A stretch of DNA of 64,000 nucleotides from Octopus sinensis (lineage: Eukaryota): positions 38,006,001 to 38,070,000 of the forward strand of contig NC_043004.1 in assembly GCF_006345805.1 (NCBI RefSeq), read 5' to 3'. This document shows, piece after piece, positions 1 to 12,648 of the stretch; positions within the stretch are counted from its first letter, which is position 1; each line of letters begins with the position of its first letter. The notes below the pieces were generated by a model, which saw only the letters and a program-made list of their open reading frames with translations, did no database searches and was not told where the DNA came from. The translations under genes were made by a program, and so were the position numbers.

Positions 1-654
1 AAGGCTTTTTACAACCCAATATTTACATGCTATTCTTCATAGCTGTATATGATACATACATACATATATACATACATACATACATACATACATACATACA
101 TACATACATACATACATACATACATACATACATACATAGATACATGCATACATGCATACATATATACATACATATATACATACATACATATATGCATACA
201 TACATACATACATACATGATATTTCATTATATAAGTGAATTGTTTGAGAGTCTGACTACTGTAGCAATATTCTGAAAAACTATCGAGCTATGACAAGGGT
301 CACCAAACTTTTTTCACGGTGGGCCTGATAACCGAGAGAATGGCGAACGCGGGCCGCGTAACCATTTTCTTTAATACAATACAGTGAACACACAAAAAAT
401 AAAGATAACTAACATTTATTTGCCAAAAAGTTATCAAAGAAGGCGACGTTAGCAATAAGATAGTTATAGCATATCAAGCGCGGACATATACGAATCTCAC
501 AAACTAAGCAGTCAAAAAGGTTAGTGATATTTGTGAAATTGGTGTTTAGCTTTTAAGATATAAATGCTTTGGAATTACTGCATACAACCAGGAGAATCGC
601 TTTCAAATGTTCATAAGTCAACCTCGTTCGATGTGCTGACTTCACATTACTCTT

Positions 655-1036
655 ACTCTTTTTACTCTTTTACTTGTTTCAGTCATTTGACTGCGGCCAT
701 GCTGGAGCACCGCATTTAGTCGAGCAAATCAACCCCGGGACTTATTCTTTGTAAGCCCAGTACTTATTCTATCGGTCTCTTTTGCCGAACTGCTAAGTGA
801 CAGGGACGTAAACACACCAGCATCGGTTGTCAAGCAATGCTAGGGGGACAAACACAGACACACAAACATATACACACATACATATATATACATATATACG
901 ACAAACTTCTTTCGGTTTCCATCTACCAAATCCACTCGCAAGGCTTTGGTTGGCCCAAGGCTATAGTAGAAGACACTTGCCCAAGGTGCCACGCTGTGGG
1001 ACTGAACCCAGAAACATGTAGTTCGTAAGCAAGCTA
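655..1036 (-). mobile_element. tRNA-derived CORE-type SINE (family A)
   Basis: A-box tggctgtgtggtaag, B-box ggttcagtccc, CORE-like ggcaccttgggcaagtgtctt, a central CA/TA tract and an (AAAAGAGT) tail. Confidence 0.85.
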
Positions 1037-1440
1037 CTTACCACACAGCCACTCCTAAAAATTTATTAAAATTTAATCAAATAGTTATTAAAATTATCCC
1101 ATTAAGCATATTATTTCGTGCGCTTACCACAATTATTGGTGAAGTGAACGCAATTTGTTGGCGACTACCCAACAAACGCCTCAACTACATTCGTACAATT
1201 AAACGAGTTAACTTGGTATTAGATGCATAGCAAACGAAACTGAGACTGATCGACTATTTGAACTGAACGAAATGGGTACTTAACATTTCTCACTTAGCAA
1301 TAACGTTTAATGACTTACATTTTAAAATGCTCCACTTGCTGGAGAATGAAGTAATAAATACTCTAGATATATACAAGGCAATATGCAATTTTGACTTGTC
1401 ACGGCGTTCAATATTTCAAACAATGTCAGGCTTTGAGACT

Positions 1441-1620
1441 GTAGAATAGTTAGCACTCCAGGAAAAAAAAATGCTTAGCGGCATTTCGTCCGTCTTTACG
1501 ATCTGAATTCAAATTCCGGTATCGATAAAATAAGCATCAGTTATGCACTGGGGTTGATGTAATCGATTTATCCCCTCCCCGAAATTTACTGGTCTTGTGC
1601 CAAAAACATTTGAAACCAAT
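1441..1620 (+). mobile_element. SINE family B, diverged
   Basis: aaatgcttagcggcatttcgtcc..gaattcaaattcc..cactggggttgatgtaatcga. Confidence 0.65.
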
Positions 1621-2327
1621 ATTGTTAACAATATTGGTTAATTTTCAATAAGAATGAATCCATGTATACTTAAACAACGAGGAACAATTCTATATATTAG
1701 TAGATATTAAATTGGTATTTTAAAATTGTGATAGATATTTCATTTAATAATAAACTAATATAAACGTGTTGTTCTTTTGTATACAGACATATTTTGCATA
1801 ATGAAAATACTTATAAAAATCGAAAGATCTGACTATTTGTTTTAATTCTTCTATTACATACGTCCTTACGCAAACATACATAAATTTGAATTTAAAAAAT
1901 TAAAATCCATTCTATAACTACTTATGGTGAACTCAACCTACCGAAGTTCTTAAAATTTGTGTCTTTCTACTGTAAAGTTTCCTTTTATTTTTCATTGCTT
2001 ACAAAATATTTGCTCAAACATACTGGCTCTCCTTTTATTCTCGCATCTATCTATCTATCTACACATACATACATACATACACACATACATGTACATACAT
2101 ATGTATGTATATACATACACACAAACACATACAGACACGCATACACACATGCACGAGCGCGAGTTCCAGATTATCTTTGCAATTTCGGATGCTATACTCG
2201 AGATTGCTCCAATTTGGCCAGCCCCAAGGAAAAACTAACGCACACACACACACACACCACACACACATATATATATATATATATGTATGTATATGTGATA
2301 TAATATATATATATATATATATGTATG

Positions 2328-2402
<75 letters not shown>

Positions 2403-2829
2403 CCATACATTCTTGTATACAGCATTGTTAGATGACCATGTAAACAAAAAAAAAAAAAAAGGACGGGATATGCTTGGATCGTATAGCATATAATAATAAA
2501 GCAAAACCAAATAATAATGCTGTGAATGTATTTAATACACGCGTTTCGGATAATTATGCAAGAAAGAAAGAATTCTTCTATTACATACGTCTTCACGTAA
2601 AGCATTTCAAACTTTCATATTCTGAAATGATTTAATCGAAGATGAGAAAAATTCTGTTCCGCTTGTATAATTATCTAAAACACGGGTACTAAATGAATTC
2701 AAAATATCAATAATTGGCTTCTCTTTATGGTATTTCGTGGAGATGTAGGACACGTCCATCTCATCAAATCTACACATCTGATAATACAGACATGTTTTAG
2801 GAACTCACAAAACTAGTTGATGAGACAAC

Positions 2830-3199
2830 TGTTATTCGTCGTGGCACTCTGTAGGTTACGACGACGAGGGTTCCAGTTGATCCGATCAACGGAACATCCT
2901 GCTCGTGAAATTAACGTGCAAGTGGCTGAGCACTCCACAGGCACGTGTACCCTTAACGTAGGGATACAGAATGTGACAAGGCTGGCCCTTTGAAATACAG
3001 GTACAACAGAAACAGAAAGAAAAAGTGAGAGAAAGTTGTCGTGAAAAAATACTGCAGGGTTTGCCCCCGCCCCGCCGGAGCCTCGTGGACCTTTAAGTGT
3101 ATTCGTTCAATAAACATTCACAACGTCCAGTCTGAGAATCGAAACCGCGATCCTATGACCGCGAGCCCGCTGCCCTAACCACTGGGTCATTGCGCCTCC
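2830..3199 (-). mobile_element. tRNA-derived SINE (a different family)
   Basis: Minus-strand head ggaggcgcaatgacccagtggttagggcagcgggctcgcggtcataggatcgcggtttcgattc (A and B boxes), followed by a ~300-nt body. Confidence 0.7.
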
Positions 3200-3448
3200 A
3201 CTAAACTGTTATTAAAAACATACAAATCCAACGAAATGTGTTGAGTGCTACTTTCTTTCATTCGGTCAACTAATTTGTATGTGTGTGTGTGTGTGTGTGT
3301 GAGTGGTGTGTGTGTGTGTGTGTATGTGTGTGTGTGTGTGTGTGTTATGTGTGTGTGTGTGAGAGTCTGTGTGTATATATATATATATGTATATATGTGT
3401 ATATATGTATATATATATGTATATATATGTATGTATATACATATACAT

Positions 3449-3503
<55 letters not shown>

Positions 3504-3806
3504 TATCTATCTATCTGTATATATATTACATGCATATAAGAGGGATGACCACAAAGTGGACATCCATTACGCTAGATGTAGACCCCATATGGGATGACCA
3601 CTAAGAAATGATAGCTCTCAATCTTGAGAACAATCTAGTGGTCAGACCATATAGGGTCTACATCTAGTATAATACATGTCCATTTAGTGGCCATCCCTCT
3701 TATATGTATGTAATATAATTTTTCTAAATCTTCAATATGCTAGGCCACTTGTTTTAAATTGATATTGATCAAATTAATATTCAATTTTTCACCTTTATTA
3801 TTTAAA

Positions 3807-3904
<98 letters not shown>

Positions 3905-4678
3905 CATATATATATATATACGTGTGTGTGTGTGTACGTTTGTGAGTCTGTGTGTATGTGTATATATATATATATGTATATATATGTATATATATATATA
4001 TACGCATATATACATATATATATGTATATATATATATATATATACGCATATATACATGTATATATGTATATATATGTATGTGTAAACCTATATACATATC
4101 TATATATAATCATATCTGTCTATCTGTATATATATGTATATTTATACGTGCATGTGTATGTATATGTGTATGTATGTATGTATGTATGTATGTATGTATG
4201 TATGTATATATGTATGTGAGTGTGTGCGTGTGTATGTGTGTACGTGTGTATGTATGTGTGCATAACTGTCTGAGATCCAAGCATCTAAGAAGTTTTTAAG
4301 CTTCGAGCAGTCCGTGATAAGTATAAAACATAACGTTCAGGAGCAATAATAATTTATTGGCGTCGATGGTTGTGGGTTATTCCCATATAGAATTGGCGTC
4401 GATGGTTGTAGGTTATTCCCAAATAGAAGTTCGATAAGCTGAACAAGTTTATGTATAGCTTACGGTTAGCAACTAGAGGTCCTATGAATGTTAATAAAAG
4501 TCCAAATCGAGTGAGTGGGACAGGTAAAATCTAGGCTACATATGTTTCTGAACTAGTACATCCTCTGTATTTTACCAGGTCGACTACCTCAATTTGGAAT
4601 TATGTATATACTGTACATCCCGGGGTAAATCAGCGAGTATGTATATGTATATACGTGCATATATACATACATTATGTG

Positions 4679-4710
<32 letters not shown>

Positions 4711-4723
4711 TATATGTATATAT

Positions 4724-4777
<54 letters not shown>

Positions 4778-4797
4778 ATATATATATTATATATATC

Positions 4798-4832
<35 letters not shown>

Positions 4833-5449
4833 GAGAGAGAGAGAGAGAGGATCTTTTCTTTTTGAAGGCCAGATTTTCCTAGTTAACTAAAAAATTTGAA
4901 ACTTCGTATACTGGTAGAATGTGTCAAAAGAAAACATTATTGTAAACAAAATTGAAAACAAAATTGCAATTTGTAACTTAAACGTAGTTTAATTTTTACG
5001 AATTTTAACCAATGAATCCCAACATTGCTGCGTTATCGATATTGATAAAGAAATATAGCAGACGCACGATACACACGATACACACACACGCGCACATTTG
5101 CACAAGCACATAGTAATTAATATATAAGCGTACACACATATACAAACGGACATATACATACACATACATACGCACACAAGCAAAAATACACGTTCGTGTT
5201 TTGCCACTTGCCGCAACAAATTTGCACAGAAGGGGGGAGGGTCAATGTTTCATCGTTTCGGGGTCGATAAATTAAGTACCAATTACGCACTGGTGTCGAG
5301 GATTTTTTTTCCCAATTTATATCACAACTTCCGACAAGCTGGGGGCATCCTTTTATGAAAAAATATTTCGCAAATTTTTACAATACTCCACGCGCAAACT
5401 CGAGACCGATTTAGGCATATTATTGTTTTGTTTTTGTTGTTTCTGGCCC

Positions 5450-6690
5450 TTCAAAACCATGGGAGAAGCCTTTTCGGTAATATAACTTAGTCTAGGTTCA
5501 TGCCATCCCCCTATAGTATTCAAAAATTTAGTTAAAAATATTAGTAAGAGGATTTATAGCCTCTCCTCTGATAAGGACATCTTCAATAGCGTTGCCCCAG
5601 TTTATTATAATAAGGCTTTAAAAGATAGTGGTTTTAGGGAAAAAATAAAATATACACCTATCACTAGCCCAACAGTAAGGAAAAGGAATAATAGAAATAG
5701 GAAGGTCATCTGGTGGCCTTCAATATAGGTAAATATTTCCTAGCACTGATAGATAGACATTTTCCAGTTAACCATACTCATAGGAAACTCTTCAATAGAC
5801 ACAATTTAAAAATTAGTTTTAGTTCAACTACAATTTTAAAAACATAATCAAACATAACATACAAAAAACACAAGAAAACAGCTGTTCATGCAGGAATAAA
5901 GAATTGTGCCCGCTAAATGGAGCTTGCATGTCCAAGACCATCATATATGAAGCTACCGTAACTCTATACCACTAAAGACACCGTTTTCGACGAAGAAATA
6001 CGTGAGCCTTACAGAGGGTAATTTCAAGCCAGGTTCAATAACCACACTTTGAGCTTTAGGCACTGGAACAAAGAAAAGCGACACAATTATCTAATCATAT
6101 TTGGTCTTTAAGAGATAAAGGTGTCGATTATAACATACAATGGAAGATTTTGGCCAGATGTAAGCCCTATACACGGCAGCGGAAGGTGCGGTCTATGCGA
6201 CATGGAGAGAGGCTTATCTGCAAAAGCAGCTTAGCCTACTACATGTCTAATACAAGGACAGAACTTTTCGGATCATGCCCACATGTGACTAATTTCTGTT
6301 ACGTTTTTGGTCCCCTAAAGAAAACCAGATAACATGCTTTCTATGTTATGTCCCAAGAAGATTTTATATATTTTTATATATTTTTTTATATATTTTTATG
6401 TATTTTTATATAATTTTTATGACGAAAAATGCGAGCGATGTATAAGTACGCAGGCAAGCAGAGTTATAACACAGTATTTTCCCTTTATTTAACGGTATTT
6501 TTTCATAGCGTTTTCAAATAGCCAGATAACCGAAGAGATGGTGTTGTGGATTTCCACTTCGGCATCTGACACTCAAAGTTTTATCTTGACTACCGAGTAA
6601 TGTAACATATTATTGTATAGATAAATTTCCTCTATTTACATAATATTGAGGTCTCTTTCTTTCTTTTGTTATCTTACCGTTTTATCAATA
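5450..6690 (+). mobile_element. Decayed Penelope-like element (RT thumb + GIY-YIG endonuclease remnants, 3' pLTR), possibly Naiad clade
   Basis: Frameshifted segments translate as HPPIVFKNLVKNISKRIYSLSS..NKALKDSGF..RNRKVIW, NIGKYFLALIDRHFP..KLFNRHNLKISFS, CSCRNKELCPLNGAC..IIYEATV, RFNNHTLSF, TQLSNHIWSLRDKG and RCGLC..NTRTELFGSCPH. A decayed HHR follows at 6524-6586. Confidence 0.8.
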
Positions 6691-6762
6691 TATATAATAT
6701 ATATATATATTATTAATATTATATATATATAAGATATATATAGATATATATATATATATATA

Positions 6763-7731
6763 TGTGTCTATGTTTTTCGTCTCTCTATGTGTTCGACGTC
6801 TTTTTGGTGTCCTGTACACATATATGCGTGTATATGTACATGTAGAGGTAGGTACGTACATATATGTTTATATATATGCATATGTTCTATTTTATTAACA
6901 TATTATACGACTAAACGCACGCACCCTATTAAGTAAGATTGTTCTGTTTATCAAGTTAGCCTTGATATTAACTCTCACGCGACTCTGCATCTTTCTTTCT
7001 TTCTCTCCCATTCCCTTTTCGTCTTTTTTTCCCTCACTTAACTTGTCTCTTCCTCTCTCTCTCCCCCTCACCACGTTCTTCATGGTCTCCTCGCACCATT
7101 CCCCTTCTTCTCTCTCTTCCTCTTGCTCCTCCTCCCCCATTCCCGTCGTCCATCTGCGACGATACTTCCGTCGTAACTGCTATCCTGTCTTTTCTCGCCC
7201 GCCTTCTGAGGCTACTGGTCGACATTTTTTCTCTCTCATCGTCACTATAATCCAGCGTTTGCAATACTTTTTTCGTCTGGCGTTAACAGCCCTTCTTCTT
7301 GTTCTCCTTGTCCTGTCTATGTTATATTGTTTTGTTGTTTATTATTTATATATATTACTTTTTATACTGTTTGTGTACTGTCGTCACCGTCTTGCTTTTT
7401 TTACCCCTCTGCGAAAAGATCTCAGAATTTTAATTGATTTGCTTTTCGCAGGAAGGAAGTTTTCTTCGAAGTATACGTCTCGCTTTTATCCTTCGAAACG
7501 TTTAGTAGATGAAACCTTAGCGACTGAAGAAGGGGATTTTTCGTTGTGCTTATTGTCCTGTATCTCTTTTTTGCTTGTCTTGTTCCTTGGTTTGTGTCTA
7601 TGTTTTTCGTCTCTCTAGTGTTCGACGTCTTTTTGTGTCCTGTACACATATATGCGTGTATATGTACATGTAGAGGTAGGTACGTACATATATGTTTATA
7701 TATATGCATATGTTCTATTTTATTAACATAT
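6763..7731. mobile_element. Direct-repeat-bounded non-coding element (~830-nt unit plus ~140-nt redundancy)
   Basis: 6763-6903 and 7593-7731 are near-identical, with (TA)n on both sides. A related fragment lies at ~59225-59390. Confidence 0.6.
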
Positions 7732-7754
7732 ATATATATATATATATATATATA

Positions 7755-7915
7755 GGACGGGCTTCTTTAATTTTCCGTCTACCAAATCAGTTCACAAGGC
7801 TTTAGTCGGCCCAAGGCTATAGTACAAGACAGTCACCCAAGGTGCCACGTAGTGGGACTTAACCCGGAACTGTATGGTTGGGAAGCAAGCTTCTTACCAG
7901 ACAATCACGCCTGCG
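7755..7915 (-). mobile_element. SINE family A, head only
   Basis: Reverse complement of the A/B-box and CORE segment. Confidence 0.75.
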
Positions 7916-8863
7916 CATATTATATACTTATACATATACATACATACATACATATGTGTGTGTGTGTGTGTATGCATGCATGTATGTATTCAGTGAGTTT
8001 GTGAGACCTGGTCTCTATTTCCTTTTGCTACATCCTGTTTCTTTTAAAGAAAGGCGTAAATAAATAAGATACAAAACCAGCGATGACAGAACAGGCAACA
8101 CTAAAGCCTCTTTTCATCCAATCTCTTTTTATTCGCCCGTTGTGTTTTCTTTCTTATTTGGGTTTCCTTGTTTTTGAAGCAGGCATTGTATGCGAACCTC
8201 CCTCTTGTTTTTAACTCTGTACGCTGAATTATATTATTTGAGTACCTTGTCAAGTATCACCCCCATACGGCTCAACTTTCTCTTCCTTCTTATTATATTT
8301 TTATAGAATATAATACATACCTACCCGTTTGTGTGGCTCTGCGTATGTAAGTATGCATTCATATGTGTGTCATTATTGTATAAATGTATTTATGTATACA
8401 TATATATGACTGAATGTTTGTTTATATATAATACGTTTATTATTGTGTTTCCGTGTGTGTATGTGTGTGTGTTTGTATGTCCCGTCTACTCCAGAGTAGG
8501 ACTGTCGCTTTTCATTCTTGCTATTGTTCTGCCGTGACAAAAAAGCTCTATTCTTTGGATGTTGCAATGCAAAGAAAGCGTAAAAGATGACTATGCCTGC
8601 CTGCCTGCTTATCTGCTTGTCTGCTTGCCTGCTTGCTTTCCTGTCCGTCTGCCTGCCTTCTTGCCTGCCTACTCTCCCCTTTCTTTCTTTCCTTCTTTCT
8701 TTCTTTCTTTCTTTCTTTCTTCTTTCTTTCTTTCTTTCTTTCTTTTACCATCTGCGTGTGCGTATGTGAATGTGTGTCTGTCTTTACACCTCTCTCACTA
8801 GATAAAGCTATCTGTGAACGTGCGCTGTTAAGGAGGGAGTATAAATGTTTCCTATGCATTTAC

Positions 8864-9600
<737 letters not shown>

Positions 9601-9606
9601 AATATC

Positions 9607-9684
<78 letters not shown>

Positions 9685-9698
9685 TTACTATTATTATT

Positions 9699-10242
9699 GG
9701 GTGAGAGAGCAGTGCATGCCATCAAAGTGACATTGGGGTAAAATTTACGAAGCCCAGTATATCCATCATGACTACCTGTCTGATAAGGGTACACCAGGGG
9801 CATGCATCACAACAATTTGTGTGCGACATGGTGATCTAATGTCAAGATAAACAGCACATGACCTTGCAGGTGGGGCCCAGTTAGAACATTCTTCTGGTCG
9901 AGTAACCCATCCCGCTCAAAAGGTCCCTGAATAAGGGTTGTTTAAGGATGTTGAACGAAACACCCATGTTTCCAGAGGTGAATTATTCAATCCCCAAAGA
10001 ATCCCTCTCAACACATGGCTATGATGCTCCCCCACTACTTCTGCTCATGATCAGAGATGCACATATTGTCAGCCACTAAGGGAATGGTCAACTGGTTAAG
10101 GTCAAACAACTGACAAGCAAATCTTTGGTATTGAGCAGAATATTTGCTGTAGCCCATCTTTTATACCAAGACAAAACAATGTACATGATAACACTTCCAA
10201 TCAGTTAAGATCAGAAGCCATGAGAGCCACTGCCTGGTACTG

Positions 10243-10243
<1 letters not shown>
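9699..10243 (-). mobile_element. Non-coding TAA-inserted retroposon (here 'element C'), longer copy
   Basis: Highly similar to 42748-43189 and has the same 3' end (...ctgctctctcac[c/t]c-AATAAT). Both sides are (TAA)n. Confidence 0.75.
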
Positions 10244-10320
<77 letters not shown>

Positions 10321-10474
10321 GGCGTACAAAATACTTGGCGACATTTTGCACGTCTTTACGTTTTGAGTTCCAATTCTGCCGTGGTCGAATTTCCTTGAAA
10401 TCGAAACTATGTGGTTTCAAAGCAATCTTCTTTCCACACACACACACACACGAACGTATGTGTGTGTGCATGCA

Positions 10475-10505
<31 letters not shown>

Positions 10506-11209
10506 ATGTATGTATGTATGTATGTATGTATTTATGTATGTATGTATTTATGTATGTATGTATGTATGTGTGTATGTTTTATGTATGTATGTATGTATGT
10601 ATGTATGTATGATGTATGTATGTATGTATGTATGTATGTATGTGTGTATGCAAGCTTGCTGCGTAGTCGCCGACGACCCGACCATGCAACAGGTTGTATT
10701 GGATTACATGTTACCAGTAGCGCCCAAGAACTTGCTTGGTGAGACAGGTGATTGTTGGACATCCCGCAGGACGAAAAATAAGACTTGTCAAAAGGCGGAA
10801 GAGCTTATGAGCAGTCAAAGGCTATCCAACAATATGTGTACATGTGTATCTATGCTTATATGTATGCGCGGGGACGTGGAAGTACCTGGGTTGGTGTCCA
10901 GACGTGCGCTTGGTCCACTGAGAGTGGGAAGCCCCTCCGTTGTTTATATTGTCCATGTTCAGAGATTGGGACTGAATTTGTTCAAATCCTTTCCTCACTA
11001 TAACAAATCATCATGCACAGGTATTGTTTGACAAAGAAGGGAAGGCCTATCATAAAAATGGCTGACCGTAGCCTTCGCATGTGTAGGACTTCCGATCAGG
11101 CGATAGCAATACTCAAGTTTTCAACGATCATGTATGTATGTATGTATGTATGTATGTATGTATGTATGTATGTATGTATGTATGTATGTATGTATGTTTG
11201 TATGTATAG

Positions 11210-11395
11210 GGAGAGGTTACGAAAAAAAAATCGACAAAAGACGAAGACAGGTGGTGTACAAAACAAACAGATGTATTAGTATAACGCTCAGAAATAGAAA
11301 AGGTTTTTTACGTTTCGAGCCTACGCTCTTCTACAGAAAACAAGGAGAGAAACAAGGAGAGAAAAAAATGTGTGTAGTGGCTAACGATCTGTCAT
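11210..11395 (-). mobile_element. ~185-bp microsatellite-embedded repeat carrying a variant minimal HHR (CUGUAGA)
   Basis: Near-identical to 22540-22706 (opposite strand) and 49107-49278. Minus strand reads CTGTAGA-a-GAGC-gtag-GCTC-GAAA-CG-TA at 11309-11336. Confidence 0.65.
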
Positions 11396-12072
11396 GTATG
11401 TATGTATGTATGTATGTATGTATGTATGTATGTATGTATGTATGTATGTATGTATGTATGCATGTATGTATGTATGTATGTGCGTATGTACGTATGTACG
11501 TATGTACGCATTTATGTATGTGTGTATGCATGAGTATATGTTTCTGTGTATGTGCTACTGTTGTTACTGTTGTTATATAGGCATTTTCCAAGTTAGGAGA
11601 GGAGGAAATGTGAAAAGACTGCTACGGTTGTGTGGTCACGTCGTTTGTTGTTAGATAGCTAAACGTAGTTTGATGATGTTGATTAAACTGCGTGAAGAGG
11701 GGGTGAGTTTAAAATATAACAGGCGAACCACAGCGGGATAGATTGGAGAAGATACAGTAAGGCTATTAAAGATTTAAAATAGCTTCCTCAAAATATTTCT
11801 CCACACATACGTACTTACAGAGACACGCATACTCATGAACATATAAGCATATATTTCGACAGTCTCCTCGTGTCTTCAGTTTCTTTTATCCTCTACTCTA
11901 TTATTTTGATTTTTATGTCTTCCATTTTGTTTATTGTTTTCATTTTACTTTATCGTGCTGTTTGTAGTTGTTGTTGTTGAGCTCGAAGTTGGCTCTGTTT
12001 CAATAGATGTATGACCAAGGCATACCAGCCTCTACGATTTCAGTTTGCTGTCATACATAGACTAGGGTTGCG

Positions 12073-12232
12073 AGCTGCAGAATCAGTACGCTTGACGAAA
12101 TGCTTAACAGTATTTCACCCGTCGCTACGTTCTGAGTTCAAATTCTGGCGAGGACAACTTTGCTTTCATCCTTTCGGGGTCGATGAAATAAGTACCAGTT
12201 ACGCACTGGGATCAATGTAATCGACTAGCCTC
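12073..12232 (+). mobile_element. SINE family B, partial
   Basis: gagctgcagaatcagtacgc..gagttcaaattc..ggggtcgatgaaataagtaccag. Confidence 0.75.
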
Positions 12233-12583
12233 CTCATTGTTCCGGTACGTCATTGCCTGGCGTTTCATCTGCAAGAAAGAAGTGCGAAATCTCAACCAAA
12301 CCACACTTAACTGCCTTAATCTTTTAAGTCATATTAGATTATGAAGGGATGGTCACGGCTTGAATGCTTTTAGATCGCTTGACTTGAATGCCATAGATCT
12401 GGTTGATCTGGGTTGAGCTGAGATTGAGCATCTCCAACAAAGACAGCACAATAAGTAAAACCACATTCTAATATTCTTAAAATATAAAAAATAAATAACT
12501 AAAATGACGAACGAATTTAGATTATCCAGCATCTAGCAACAACAGAAAAACAACTCCTAATAAACCTGCTGCTGCTGCTGCTG

Positions 12584-12648
<65 letters not shown>

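Noticed and set aside
294-620. hAT-like terminal sequence caagggtcaccaaactttt..gcgggccgc and a possible transposase remnant
   Set aside because: No matching second terminus was found and the protein similarity is too weak.
2535-2600. Minus-strand GTGAAGA...GAAACGCGTG hammerhead-like motif
   Set aside because: C3 is substituted, position 17 is G and stem II is irregular; at best a heavily decayed copy.
4356-4427. 36-bp repeat as a CRISPR array
   Set aside because: Two adjacent copies with no spacer, in a eukaryotic context.
6962-7618. 218-aa ORF on the plus strand
   Set aside because: Low-complexity CT-rich sequence inside the direct-repeat-bounded element; no recognisable motif.
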